This document shows positions 37,931 to 52,578 of a stretch of DNA of 64,000 bases, piece by piece; the first letter of the stretch is position 1; the number at the start of each line of letters is the position of its first letter. The position numbers and the translations under genes are program-made. This DNA comes from Azolla caroliniana. Its lineage: Eukaryota > Plantae > Polypodiophyta. The notes under the pieces are model-generated. The model ran no database searches. It had not been told where the DNA came from and saw only the letters and a program-made list of their open reading frames with translations. The DNA lies in NCBI GenBank assembly GCA_043228905.1, contig JBHGNT010000013.1, forward strand, positions 19,902,001 through 19,966,000, given 5' to 3'.

Positions 37931-40471
37931 TATCATTTTCTTGATCCATCACCCCCCCCCCCCCCCCCCCCCCAAAGTGCGTGTTCACACACACCGCCGG
38001 ATTTGCTTTGTTTTGTTATGGGACAGGCAACATCACCTTTCTAAACCTACCCATCACATTTCTCCCTCGGAGAATCGGTTCCTTTTGTTTTAGTTTCTTT
38101 TTTGGTGGCAATGGGGAGTGGGTTGGGGGGGGGGGGGGGGGGGGAGTGGCTTTAACACATAATTCTACCCATTACCTTCATTCATTTCAAAACGCCCTAG
38201 CTTTTCTTGTGATCAAACTCGTTCCTCCATGTGCATGGCTTTTGCATGTGTCCAACCGCGACCCTATCGTAGTCATGTCCGGTCCAAAACTCTAGGAAGA
38301 AGCCCGCTTAGATTTGCGCTTGATGTTGCGCGTCAACCGTTTCACAAATTAATCACTTTCAAGTAGAAACATCTTGGGAAATCTTTTGGGCAACCATAAT
38401 TTTCTTGTTGTCCAACTTGTTCCTGTATCCATCAACGTTCTAGTGAATTCCACTCATTTTTAACTCCACGAAGATTGATAGACCATCTAGGTTTGAATCC
38501 AACATAGTGCAATGTGGAGCTTCAAGTAAAAACGTCAACGTAGCTTTTTTGGATGACCATTATGTCCCAATCGTTTTATGCCATGGTAGCTAACTTTTCA
38601 TCCTTGTACAATATACATCAATACAATTTAACCACTCTCCCAAACTTTTCTTTTTATTTTTCCTTTTAATTTCTACACCTTTCATTGTTCCTCCTATTTT
38701 GTGTATATGTGTCATCTACTTGTTGGGTGTTTTCGTTGATTGAATTGGAAAATCATGTAATGCGACCAAACATTTGTCAATTGGCCTTCATTAAGATACT
38801 CCTTCGTTACGTTGCAAACCTAGAAACCTCATCACCTATGCAACATGGATTTTTGCACTATAATGGCCATATTTTCTAATGGTTCCTAAACAACCTAATT
38901 AAACTTTTCGTTGCTTGTTGCTTGGTAAATCACTTGTTTGTTTATGGTATATGACCTTGTTTGCCTAGCAAACTACACAACATAATACTTTTTTGCATGT
39001 TGATTTAACACAACTCTCTAAGCACACCACAACTTGGTGAAACTTCCCATGAAATAAATATCAATCAAATGTCATTGGATTGTTGCCTATATCTTGTCCA
39101 ATGACCATGTAGCAAATATGGTAGGCTCGTTTGATAGGTTTTCATAGCTAGTTGAAATATCAATATTTTGTAATTGCATTCTCTATTAGTTAAACACTAA
39201 CGAGACATCTAATCAAAGTCCAATCTTGAATGCTTGCTTCCTTAAGCTCTAGTTCTATCAAGATTTATTATCTCATATACTCATGTTGATGTTGATGTAT
39301 TAAATATACATGATTGTGTTTTCATGTCACATTGCTTCCATCCTAATTTAGCTACAACATCATAAATTTTGCAACACAAGCAAGAATGTTGTCTATAGAT
39401 ATTTGAAGTGTTCAAGAACTATATACAAGGACTCATTGTTAGAATTTGTCATGATTCAATCATAAATATGGACATTGTGTATATATTTTAACAAACACAT
39501 GCATTGTTCACTATTTATCACATATAATGGAGAAAACATTAACAATGTCATTAGCTCTACCATAAGCATGGTGTTTGAAGCAAATTCATCTTTAACTATA
39601 GGAATTAAGAGCAAACAAATATTATGCCATACAAAGAAACATAACTATAGAACCCATGTTCAAATTTTACCGTTATGTTGATTGTGTTTTTCCCTTGAGC
39701 TTGGATGGTGGGATTAACCTTAAGGAGATGAATAATGAATCAAGGAGGATATAAGACAGGCTTTCCAAGTATGGATGGCGACATATTTGTTCAATATTTC
39801 CCCCCACACCATTGTTATGATGTATACATCACACAAAATTTATCTCAAGGCATAAAGCAACCACTTTCATTGGCCAACATTTTCTTATCCAAAGTCGTAC
39901 ACACAATCTATCCAAACAATCATAATCTATAACTTTGGTTAAAGTGACCAACTTTTTAGTACACATGTTTTATTTATTTTGAAATTCAATGGCATACACC
40001 ATGGAGAAGCAATAATAATTTGAGACATTTTTTAGTATATCATGTTATAAAAGAGATAAAGAAATGGATTTTTTTGGAAAAAGAGAGAGAGAGAGAGAGA
40101 GATGGAAGAAATGGCATGTATATTCCTTAGGATCACACTGTACAGTGTAGACCCATCCATGGGGTCTACGTGTTTACATCTAAAAAGTGCCTCTATGTGT
40201 TTGAATGAACGTCCAACTATTTCCGCTACATTCCTTTACATTGATAAAAAGATGTTCTCAATTCTATATATCACGAGTTTCCTTGTCTAGCATTAAACAA
40301 CGAGCTATTCATGATCTTGCTATGAGCACAATCACGTATATTTTCTTCTTCTTTTTATATGTATGCCCCATGCATTTGTTGATTCTATTTTTTCAAAGAT
40401 GTATAGAACATATATTCAATAAACATTACAAGTCAAAAGACATCAAAAAGGTTTTTTTTTATCATATAACA

Positions 40472-40869
40472 AATCAAGTTGAAATAGATACTAATAAGTT
40501 CACCATTTAAAGTTTATTTCTTACTCTTGTGCAAGATAACATACATTGCTTTCCTACAATATGATTCCAAAACTTGCACAATTTGTTTCAACAAGGCATG
40601 GTTTTATTTGCCTTATAGATACATCATACAATATCTCTTGGTGTAGGATGCGAGTGAAGAAGCTAGGTACAATCAAGTTGAAATAGATACTAATAAGTTC
40701 ACCATTTAAAGTTTATTTCTTACTCTTGTGCAAGATAACATACATTGCTTTCCTACAATATGATTCCAAAACTTGCACAATTTGTTTCAACAAGGCATGG
40801 TTTTATTTGCCTTATAGATACATCATACAATATCTCTTGTTGTAGGATGCAAGTGAAGAAGCTAGGTAC
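40472..40869. repeat. 199-bp tandem duplication
   Basis: aatcaagttgaaatagatactaataag...gctaggtac repeated, nearly identical. Confidence 0.95.
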
Positions 40870-43117
40870 CGCTTCCTTCTTAAATGGAGAGGTTCTCCGA
40901 TGTTACAGATGGTGGATGGCAATGCAAAGTGGATATATCAGCCACCCTGATGATTGTTCCCTCCTAGGGTACCAAACATAGAGGTAGGTGCTGATTTGTG
41001 AAGTGATTGGAGGGTGTCTTTGTTGAATGTGGGTTGTGTGAGGCTCATGTTGATGGGAGTCTATTGAGTAATTATGTGACGAGGCTTTGTTGCTTCATTT
41101 ATACATGATGTTTTATTGTAGCCATTGCAAAGTGGCTTGTAACATATGAGTTGTATATTATTCTATGTACTTTTTCTTAACTAATAGAAGTAGATTTTTT
41201 TTGGAAAAAAATAAAAATAAATCTCTTGTTGTAATGCTTTGCCTTTGTTTTAATATTTATGAGATATAGGTATGCATGCACTTCCAAAAATGTCAATAGG
41301 GATCACACATATGTATGAGGTAAATTCTTTAGGTTATTACATTACCCACAATTTGATAATCAATTACTTCCAAATAATATGAAAATGGGAGAGAGCATTA
41401 TACAACTTTTCGGAGAATAAAGTACCGATTTGTAACTATGATCAGCCTTCGAAGGTCATTTTCAACCTTCAATTTCTTATTTTCATTTGATCATATGGTT
41501 CTTAGGGCGTGTATGTGTTAATTGAGTTAGTCAACAAAAGAGATAATGGGGTGTGTGTGTGTCTGTGACAATAAAATGGAAAAGGCATTTTTTTATATCA
41601 AAAAGTTAACTTAAAATCCATTATGGATGATTAGTTTTACTTGGTTACATATGAATGTAGCAAGCTCATATTGCTAGTAAAAACCTACCTTTATGTAAAT
41701 TATTGTTAGTTCTTCCATTGTGTTAAAAGTTCGTCCTATATTTTCCAACAATATAAATGTCCTACTCTAATCATGACTTTTCGGGCTTTAGAAATATCTT
41801 GTTCTTTGAAAGGACAACTCACATTCAACAATTTTCTTCTTGGAAAGACCATTCATTTGTAGTAAGTAGTGAACACACTTTTTTAACATGCCTATTTTGA
41901 TTATATGGTCATGATGGGTATGTCGAGATGGTTCAATCGATTATTTTTCGAGTGATAAGATTTTCTTAGGTTACTTGATCAAAGGTATATATCCTTTGTA
42001 GTAAAAAGGTGGGAAGTTTTTTATCAAGAAATACATAGATAGTCATGGATGACCTTAACCAATAATTTGTACTTAACAAGTAACTTTGATAAACAATTGA
42101 GTGTTGGACCACGATTAAGTATAATTGTAGGTTAAAGGAGCTACCCATTGAGTTGTGGACCATGATGGACCGCGTCTATCAAAAATTGACTTTGTAACCT
42201 ATTTCTTGTTGCATCCCTTTTGTTATTACTAATTAGTATAAGAGACATTATAGTATCATGTTTCGTATGATGCTTAGAAGAACTTCTCCTTGAATTGGGA
42301 AAGTATCAAATCTTCGTATATTGCATAGAAACTCAAAAGGATAATCATACATGGCTATGTATATTATCGAGTATCAACCCTAAATATTAAATACCAATGC
42401 TAGAACATACCTACGAAATCGTAGTTTGGATAATGTTTTTTTTAAAGTGGAAGGTTATGGAGGGGAAAATTTGCGGCACTAATAAAAAATAATGGCATTT
42501 ATAAACATCGAAAATGAGATATTTCACAATACGGAGAGCGAAAAGAAAAAAAGTCACTTTACCTTCAAAAAGGGTAATGCTAATATGTAATAACTCCAGA
42601 AATGGGTCGATCATATATTCACCGAAGGGTTGAAATAGTGTTCGATTCCATTCACGAGGCCAAGCATGCTAAAGGGTCGGCTCAGGGTAAATGGAACAGA
42701 TCCAAGTTTTAAGATGATTTGCACTATGTGATAATGTGAGTAGGAGGAGACACATGCCAAGATTTGATTGCAGGCTCAAGCCCCATGAGAAGCAAGCAAA
42801 TCAAAGTCAAGTAAAGCAAAACCGAATAAGTAATTTACACAATTACAAATTTGAGCCAAAAGAAAGAGTGTCTCGTGAGTGTGTATGTAGTGGTTATTTT
42901 ATGTCTTGCCATCATCTATGTACATAAGTACATATACATCTTTATTTATTTATTTAATAATAATTCAGTAATAATTAGGTGTTTATTTTGTTTTTATATT
43001 TTTAAGTTTCCATATACATATCTTGGCTTGTGAGTGTCTACGTGTGTGTGTTTTGTACTTTTCTTTTTTCCTCTTTATTTATTTATTTATTATTATTTTC
43101 GTAAATCATTTATTTCT

Positions 43118-43148
<31 letters not shown>

Positions 43149-43381
43149 CTTCTTGGTGCTTCCGAAATATCGTCTTCTCTTTCTCTTTCGCTCTGTGTGT
43201 CTTCATTACAGAGCTCTGTTTTCATGAACAATCAAACTGTCTGTCCTCCCCTTCCTCTCCATCATTACAAGCTCTTCTTCTGACTGGATTCATACCCACA
43301 CACACACACACACCACCTCTCCTTCCTTCATATCGACCGTAGACCATTCTCTTCCGACTCTTCTTCACCGGGGTCATCATT

Positions 43382-44342
43382 ATGCCCACACTCACACGCT
43401 GTTCCAATAATACCTCCTCTCCTGAATACTCCCAAGCCAATTTTAAGCTCTTCGGAGTCACCCTCAACCTCCTCCCGGGCTGTCATGATCACAATGCTGC
43501 ATTGTCATCGTCGTCTTCGTCAACATGCCTCAAGGGCTTCAGCGTGGGGAACCTAGGCGGCCTCATCACTCCTTCCTCTTCTTCTTCCTCCATTTCAGAG
43601 TTGCATCATAACAGTTCTGATCCCCCAGAAAAAGCAGGAAGAGGAGAACCAGAGGAGGAGGAGGAGGAGGAGGAAGAAGAAGAAGAAGAAGAAGAAGAAG
43701 AAGCAGACGCAGGTCAAAGGTTGCTAGTCCCGGTGTACCATCAAGGCTACATTTCAGATGCATTACTCGTGCAAGGCTCTTCCACTAGTTTAAGGGATAT
43801 TAGGAAGAAAGGTAATTACTAATAATGTTGGTTTATACAAGAACCTAAGTGGTAGTATGCCTATGGGTGTATGTACACCCTATGTATGTTCTGATGTTTG
43901 TCTGTATTACGATATAATCATATATGTATGTATGTATGTATGTATGTGTATTACGATATGAATCAAATTGCTGGATGTCCACACGTATGTATGCATGCGT
44001 ATATGTGTGAATTTTAAGTATCTATATAGTGTGTATGTATGCATCATGCATGTTTGTTCCGGTGTGTGGAGGAATGTATGTATGTGTATACGCATATTAT
44101 GTGAGTATATGTTTGTTTGAGTTCGTAGACATACACATATCTACAAAGACAAACATATACACACGCACACAACACACATATATGTTTATGCATGGATACA
44201 TACATACAAACACAAACATATACACACGCACACAACACACATATATGTTCATACATACATACATACATACATACATACATACATACATACATACATACAT
44301 ACATACATACATACATACATACTTACATACATACATACATAC

Positions 44343-44373
<31 letters not shown>

Positions 44374-45263
44374 CATACATACATACATACATACATACAT
44401 ACATACATACATACATACATACATACATACATGATGACGATGACAATATCAATGACAATATGAACCCATTATAGTTGTATGGTGGCTTGCAGGTGTGCCG
44501 TGGAGTGAGGATGAGCATAGGATGTTCTTGATTGGGCTTGAGAAGCTTGGTAAAGGAGACTGGCGTGGTATCTCACGCAATTTTGTAATTACTCGGACTC
44601 CCACCCAAGTGGCAAGCCATGCTCAGAAGTATTTTCTCAGACAATCCAACCTCAATAAAAAGAAGAGGAGGTCTAGCCTTTTCGACATAATCTCATCGCC
44701 GTTGCCCCATATGGTAAACACAATAACTGACACACAAAGCTCATTTGGCTATTAAACACTTTGAAGCAAACATGAGGGAAAGTGTCGAGGGAAGGGGGGA
44801 TGCTCTTGTGTGTGTATATATCTATGGATGCCTTTTTAACTATTTGACTTCGAAACTTCTAACATTCCATGATGTTTGTTTGTTGAAGGACCATTGTCAT
44901 CGAAGAGATTTCGACCTACCCACATCAACCAACCTTGCCAGGGACCTTCTCATTCCCCATCATCACAATGACCTACCACCCATTAAAGCCACAAATAAAA
45001 ATGCTACTCCTACCTCCCCAGATCTACTCACGAGACAACCAAGCAAGACACTTAACCATGCACACCACTTCCTATTTACTGGTCTTGGTGCAAAAACGAC
45101 TTTGGAGAGGAGACAAATTGTGGCTTCCTCTTCACTCTGTTCTTCGCCTTCATCTTCAACATCGTCAGTTAGTCGAACTGATGAGATGGTGGAGCTTTCA
45201 AGCCTCAATCTAAGCATCGGCCCTCCTAATAGGCCCTCTTATGTTCCACTCTTTGGGAGCTAG
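43382..45263 (+). CDS. MYB-related SHAQKYF-class transcription factor (KUA1/MYBH/MYBS3-like); exons 43382-43811, 44493-44713, 44889-45263
   Basis: KLFGV repression motif, FSVGNL, GYISD, RKKG|[64 protein letters not shown] and C-terminal LNLSIG. GT-AG junctions are in frame. Confidence 0.93.
44250..44431. repeat. (ATAC)n microsatellite in MYB intron 1
   Basis: ~180-bp run seen directly. Confidence 0.97.
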
Positions 45264-46832
45264 CCAACTATGGAAGTAATAACACTATGCTTGTAGTGAA
45301 TCCCATAAGTGTGGGATAAGTAAAAAACCATGATCTCATACAAAGTACAAGCTCTTCCTTAACATGGTAATGCTTGGGGTAGTAGCCCCTTGAGAATGAA
45401 TTGGGTTGCTCCACCTCACTACACTTTCTAAGAGCCATTGTAAATAGGCCTCCATCATTCATATACCTTTTGACAATGGCTTCATGGACGAATGATCATC
45501 TCATGAGTGCCAATTTTACACCCAAGAGACATTAGAGCTAGAGAAGAAACATCATGGCATCAAGAACTTAAGAGGCTTTTACTCCGTTATTGGATACTAG
45601 GAAGCTTTGTTATACACCTCCTAGTTTCCTTTAAAAAATGAGTGGGTGTAATCTTAACACTTGAACTGTGAATGCAAGTTTTCTCTTTCTACTTGGTATG
45701 TTCCATTTCTTTACGATACAATGACAAGCCATAAATGCACCTTTTGCTGAGCACCCGATTTTGTAAAATTATTACTGATTTATGGTATCACAACAATAAT
45801 TGTTTGTGAAAACCACATACCTTTTATTAAATTAGATTGCAAGTAGTTAAATAATCCATGTGAATTCAAGATATCATGAATGTACACAAAATGGTTGGCA
45901 TAGAAACCCGTCGTAAAAGCAAAATTTGATCTAACCTAAAGATGGGTTGCAACAAAGTGAAACAAAGCTTCACTGTTTACATGGAAGAAGAGAGTGGGTA
46001 AACATGCAAAGAAATCTTCAAAGAAAGTTTTGCTAAGGGCTAAAATAGTTAACAATGGCCTTTTAAAATAGGAAGGTTCGTCCAATGATTTCTCTCTAGT
46101 AAGCCTATACAACATGTACATAATACATATGAATAAATCTTGAATAACTAGATGATGTTCATGAATGAAAGATATATTAACATCCCCTATGGGGAAGATA
46201 ATTGGTAAAAGAAGCATATGCATATCTTCCACTTAATATCCATATAGAAACAAAAAATATTGGCTCTTTTCTTAAAATTTAATATTTGCAATCCTTGGAA
46301 TACATGAACACATTACACTCCTTGCCATGAAGATATTATCACAAAGCCCATGTTTACCTCTACTAAATTCACAAGCAATGGCATTTGATGAAAACATTTT
46401 TTATGCATTTGGGGGTTTTGCAATTGTTAGTGATGTTTGGGATAGTTTTACAAGTATGAAACACTCTAGTATTGGGTTATGTGGATATTCACAACTTGTC
46501 TCTTTGCCTTTCTTCAGAGTCATGGACCTAGCGAAAGGTAGTGAAAAGTGGCATGCATGACTTGGCATCGTATGTAGAAGAATTGAACTTTGACTTCAAG
46601 AAATTGAGTGACCATATCAATATGGATGTACTTAGTTCAATCCATACCACATGCAAAAATGGTCAATAGTTGCCCAGTCTTCTTCAATGACATGATAGTA
46701 AGCAATGTGAAGATTTCTTTGATGCTCAATGTAAAAGTGAAGACAAAAAAAGATGGACCATAAGCTTGTGAGGTTCTCGAGGAGTTGTATGCGGCTATCA
46801 TGTTGACACATCCATGGGGGAGGTGTAGAAAT

Positions 46833-49800
46833 TGTTATGAAGGCGCTACGGCTCTTCTGTGTGCATAACGGATCGCGGCGTGCTGGATCGTTCAATGCTC
46901 AAGATAGAAAGGGGAAGGGGAAGGAGACTTACCTTTGCACAATCCAAAACGCTTCTACTTCATTACACGCAGAGCTCAACTTGCTCTCGTTTGTTTTTTG
47001 TTTTTCTGTTCTTACTCTCTCTCTGCACTACTCTCACTCTTCTCTTTCTACTTACCACACTTTTTACCTAAGTACATAAGTGACTTATATATGCAGCTAA
47101 TTAGCTGTCAGTCGCTAAATAGATGTCAGTAGCTAAATAGTTGTGCATAGCTAAATAGTTGTTTCACCTTTATGTCCACTAGTAGCTAATTAGCTAATAA
47201 CTACTATAACTTATTTCTGAATAAGCATCACATACGTTTGTTGAGCTTGCTTCTCAACACTCCCCCTCAAGCTCAACTTATGCTTTCTTGAGGTCATCTT
47301 CAATCTTCTTTTCTTCATGCTTTTCAGCTACCATGCCGATGGTTATAACTCCCATCATGTCTCTAAACTGTGTATGTTTTTCCATGCTCAATCCCTTCGT
47401 AAGAATATCAGCCACTTGCTGATTTGTACTTACATACAACAGATCCACTTCTCCATCAATCACTTTTTCTCTAACAAAGTGATAATGCACTTCAATGTTC
47501 TTTGTTCTTGCATGAAACATTGGGTTTTTTGCCAGCTGAATGCTGCTCATATTGTCACACCAAATTGTCACAACACCATCTATATACTCTCCCAAATCAG
47601 AAAGCAATCTTTTGATCCATACCTCTTCACAGGTAGCTATTGCAACTCCTCTATATTCAGCTTCAGTACTTGATAATGCAACAATAGCTTGTTTCTTGCT
47701 ACTCCATGAAATAGTTGCACTTCCCAATGTAAACATATATCCACTTGTGGATCTTCTGTCGGTTTGGCTTCCAACCCAATCAACATCTGTATATCCTTCC
47801 AGCTTTATGTCCAAATCAGCCCTGTAAAATAGTCCATAATTTTGAGTAGCTTTTACATACCTCAAAATTCTTCTTATGTAGTCCAAATGTGGCTTTGTTG
47901 GCTGCTGCATAAACTGGCTGACTAATCCAACAACATAACTCAAATAAAGTCTTGTTATGGTCAAATATATGAGGCTACCCACCATAGACTTGTACATGTT
48001 TACATCTTCAATTTTGGCTCCCAAATCAGCCCTCAATTTGCAGTTCTTATCTAGTGGTATACCAATAGGTTTGCATCCAAGCATACCATACTTCTTCGAC
48101 ATAGTTGTTGCATACTATTTTTGCAACATATATATACCACTCTTAGATCTTATCATCTCAATGCCAAGAAAGTATCTCAGCTCTCCCAAATCCTTCATCT
48201 GAATTGCATTTCCAGATTTTTCTTCAACTTACTTATCTCTTCCATAGAGTCACCTCCAATGATTAGATCATCAACATATATCAAGATCACAACAATGCAA
48301 TCATTTATATTCTTTACATATAATGATGGATCAACCTTTGACATTTTGAAAGCAATTTTTTTCCAGAGAATCTGAATGTTCCTTGTGCCATGCTCTTGGG
48401 GCTTGTTTCAGTCCATAAAGAGCCTTTTTCAGCCTACATACATATTCTTGATGCTTCTTGTCTTCAAAACCTAGTGGTTGACACATATACACTTCTTCTT
48501 CCAAGTTACCATGTAAAAAAGCATTTTTTACATCCATATGGTGCAAAACCCAACTTCTGGCTGCACTCACAGCAAGTAATGTTCTCAAGGTTGCCATCTT
48601 TGCAACTGGTGCAAATGTTTCATCATAATCAATTCCTTGCATTTGGGCATATCCCTTTGCCACAAGTCTTGCTTTATGTCTACTAACATTTCCATTGGAA
48701 TCATGCTTTGTCTTGTAGACCCATTTGCACCCTACCGCATTTTTTCCTTTTGGTAACTTTACCAAATCCCATGTTTTGTTTTCAACCAATGCATCTATTT
48801 CTTCTTGCATTGCATTCACCCATTTTTTCTTAGCTTTTGCTTCATCAAAGCTATTTGGATCAGGGATTTGTACCACTTTAGACATGTATGCATAATGCAT
48901 AGCCATATATGTGTCATAACCAAATCTTTCAACAATCTTTTTCTCTCTATTTGATCTTCTCAGTTTTTGATTTGCATCCTTCATTGCCCTTTCCATACTA
49001 GGGATTTTCAGGGATCCTATACCAAGCTCATCATCCAATGATGTATCTGAATCTACATCTTCCATGTTTCTAGGTCCATCATCAAACATTTCATACTCTG
49101 GCATTTTCTGTTTCCCTTTTTATCATCATATTCTGTCTTGCATTTTTTCCACTCCATGCATTTGATTCAGATTTACTACCTGAGCTTCCATGTGGTCCAG
49201 TACATTCCATTGATGTTGAACTTTGTTGTCCAACATTGCTTCCATCTCTGTGGTTATCTCTTACATTTTTAGATTTTTCTCTGTCTTCATTTTCACAGCC
49301 TTCATCAGTTTCTACATTTTGTTTTGGGTTGTACCAGTTGCCCAACTCATCAAATATTACATCCCGACTTACTGCAATCTTTTTTGTCAAAGGGTTATAG
49401 CATCTATACCCTTTTTGCTCCTTTGAATATCCAAGAAAAATACATTTTTCAGCTTTTGGATCAAGCTTACTTCTCACTTCAGCATGTACATGTACATATG
49501 CAAGGCATCCAAACACTTTCAAGTGTCCTAAGCTAGGTTTCCTTCCATAGAAACATTCTTCAAGAGTTACCTCATGTACTCCAGATGTTATACATCTATT
49601 TAGAATGTAGTTTGTTGTGTTTACAACTTTTGCCCAATAATACAATGGCATATTTTTCTCTGTCATTAATGCCCTTGCTATGTTCACCAAAGTTCTGTTT
49701 TTTCACTCAGCAACTCCATTTTGCTGTGGAGTATATCTACATGTGAACTGTGTTGGGAGACAGGTCCCTCCGGATGGGAAGGGAGAAGAACAGTGCTGAT

Positions 49801-52578
49801 GGGAACCGGATGAGGAGTACCCGGCTACGGAGAGCCGGATGGTGAAGATCCGATGAGGAGTGCTCTCCGGATGAAGAGAATATGTCTCTAAGAGTCCATC
49901 GTGGCTATATTTGTAAATAGCCGAAAAGTCATATTAGTATAAATATGACTTAGGGCAAACTTTTAATTTTTTTTTGGTTGTCATTCTTGTTGGTGCAAGA
50001 AAAAGTGAGAGCGCGTAACTGTGTACAGAGAGAGAGAGAGAGAGATAGAGAAAGAGGTCGTTGCCTCTGTTGTAACCGCCGCCTGTGGCGAAGATCGTGA
50101 GCACAAGGTCGTTGCCTCTGTGAACTCACTGTTGTACATTCTAACATAGTGATAGTTTGCAGCCTGTGGGCTGCCGTGGTTTTTTTTCCCCTTAGTTTGG
50201 GTTTTTTCCACGTAAACATCTTGTGTCCTCTTCTCTCCATTGTGTCGTGCTTGCATTTCCCGTTTTCTGTGTATGATTCTAAGCTCGGTTGTGGCCGAGC
50301 GTTGCGCATAAGGAGCATCTAGTTCCCGTCAAACTGTCTCCTTATTCCTTGATTACATAGAAAATCAGAAAATTCATTTGAGAAGTACTCTCCTCCATCA
50401 GATCTTAAGCATTTTATTCTAGTTCCAGCCTGTTTTTCTACCATACATTTGAACTTACGGAAGCAATCAAATACTTCACTTTTTTCTTTCATGAAGTACA
50501 CCCATGTTTTCCTTGAGCAATCATCAATGAAAGTTACATAAAACTTACATCCACTAATTGATGCATTTTTTGTTGGTCCCCATACATCTGTATGTACCAA
50601 ATCCAACAAATTTTTGCTTACATGTCTTTCATGAGGGAAAGGCAACCTGTTTTGCTTTGCATATTGACATGCTTCACATATTTTTCCCATCTCACAGTCT
50701 TTAAGCTTAGGCAGTCCAGCCACTGCATCTTTCCTCAACATATTTTTCAATGTTTGCATACTTATGTGACCGATTCTTTTATGCCACATTTCCACTTCTG
50801 AGATTACACTCATACCTTCTGTAAACATGGCTGTAATCTTCCTAGGCATATCCACATCTAACACAAACATCCTTCCTTGTCGTTTTCCTTTTGCAATGAG
50901 CTTTCCATTTTTCTCTATGAAGCATCCACTTTGCTTAAACTTAACCTGCATTCCATGCTCTACTATCTGTCCAACAGAAATCAGATTTTTTGCAAGGTTT
51001 GGAACATGCATAACATTCAACATATACTTTGTTTTTTGCAAGGTTTGGAACATTGTTGTTGTTTCATGTTGCACCACAAATGCACCATCTTTATCACAAT
51101 CTTCACTAGTTGAGGCATAATTATTTTGCTATCTCTTCTCTCTTTTATCATCATTTTGCTTTTTGTAGCATTCAGCCTGTTTATGGCCTGGTTTTCCACA
51201 ATACCAGCAACCATCATCATTCAAATAGGTTTGTTTACCTCTTCCTCGATTGCTCCCCTTGCCTCTGATGTTGTTTCTTCCATTAATGGCTTTTTGTCCT
51301 CTTCCTTGATAACTGTTGTTGTTGGTTCTAGCTGAACCAAATCGTCCATGGCCTCTTCCTCGGCCTCTTCCAGCACTATTGTAGAGGGCTTGCCCCTCAT
51401 TCTCTAAGTTTCCTTTGTTTACATCATCCATTTGATTTCTTTCTTCTACTACAAGCATTGAAACCAAATCTGGAAAACTTGGGATACTATCCCTTGTGAG
51501 AATAGATGTTTTGAAACTCTTGTATTGAGGTCCCAAGCCTCTTAAGAATATTTCCACCTTGTCATCATCTTCTATCTTCACATTAACAGAAGCAAGTGAT
51601 TAACATATGCTCTTTATTTTAAAAGCATACTCATTCACTAACATCTTACCTTTTTCCAAGGTATTTAGCTTAGTCTTCAACTGAAGCTTTCTTGCCTTTG
51701 TATTCACTGCAAACAGTTGTACTAAACTGTCCCAAGCTTCTTTTGGAAGCATAGCATCCTGTGTGTGTCCAAGCATCGAATCTGAGATGCTAAGTGACAA
51801 CCAATGCAATACCTTTCTTGCCCCTTGGTTCCATTCCTTAAATGCCTTAATCTGTGCAGCAGATGCATTTTCTTCAAGGATCTCTGGAGCCTCTTCTAGG
51901 TCTCCTTCAATATAATCCCAGTATCCTTTCCCCATAAGGAAGTTTGTCATTTTGAATTTCCACGCAGGGAATTTGTTTTTATCCAGTTTTTCTGTGACTA
52001 TTTGGCTTGCATTCTCTGTAGCCATTTTCTCTTTCAACTAGGGTTAACTTCACAAACAACGTCTCCGATTCAGATCAGCAAGCAGAGAAACAACCTTTCT
52101 CAGATCTATACTGTTCTAATCTTCTTTATGAGCAACTCTGCTCTGATACCATGTTACGAAGGCGCCATGGCTCTTCTGTGTGCACAACGGATCGTGGTGT
52201 GCTGGATCGTTCAGTGCTCAAGACAGAAAGGGGAAGGGGAAGGAGACTTACCTTTGCACAGTCCAAAAAGCTTCTACTTCATTACACGCAGAGCTCAACT
52301 TGCTCTTGTTTGTTTTTTGTTTTTCTGTTCTTACTCTCTCTCTGCACTACTCTCACTCTTCTCTTTCTACTTACTACACTTTTTACCTAAGTACATAAGT
52401 GACTTATATATGCAGCTAACTAGCTGCCAGTAGCTAATTAGTTGTCAGTAGCTAAATAACTGTATATAGCTAAATAGCTGTTTCACCTTTATGTCCACTA
52501 GTATCTAATTAGCTAATAGCTACTATAGCTTATTTCTGAATAAGCATCACATACGTTTGTTGAGCTTGCTTCTCAACA
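46833..52578 (-). mobile_element. Ty1/Copia retrotransposon, degenerate, with nested solo LTR
   Basis: 427-bp LTRs at 46833-47259 and 52152-52578. TSD GAAAT at 46828-46832 and 52579-52583. PBS reverse complement CTCTGATACCA at 52141-52151; PPT reverse complement at 47260-47270. Gag, CWYCGKPGH, integrase, RT and RNase H ORFs on the minus strand. Confidence 0.96.
49751..50331 (+). mobile_element. Solo LTR (581 bp) of a different LTR family inserted in the Copia integrase
   Basis: TGTTGGGA...TCCCGTCA with TSD AACTG at 49746-49750 and 50332-50336. Has a plant Copia U5-like GCCGTGGTTTTT...GGGTTTTTTCCACGTAAA motif. Host integrase (IRRQF-TCRYTPQQNGV) rejoins on removal. Confidence 0.9.

Noticed and set aside
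38900-42400. Faint retroelement-like peptides
   Set aside because: Too decayed to assign boundaries or family by eye.
44029-44518. (YIHT)n / (MYVC)n ORFs
   Set aside because: Translations of the intronic (ATAC)n microsatellite.
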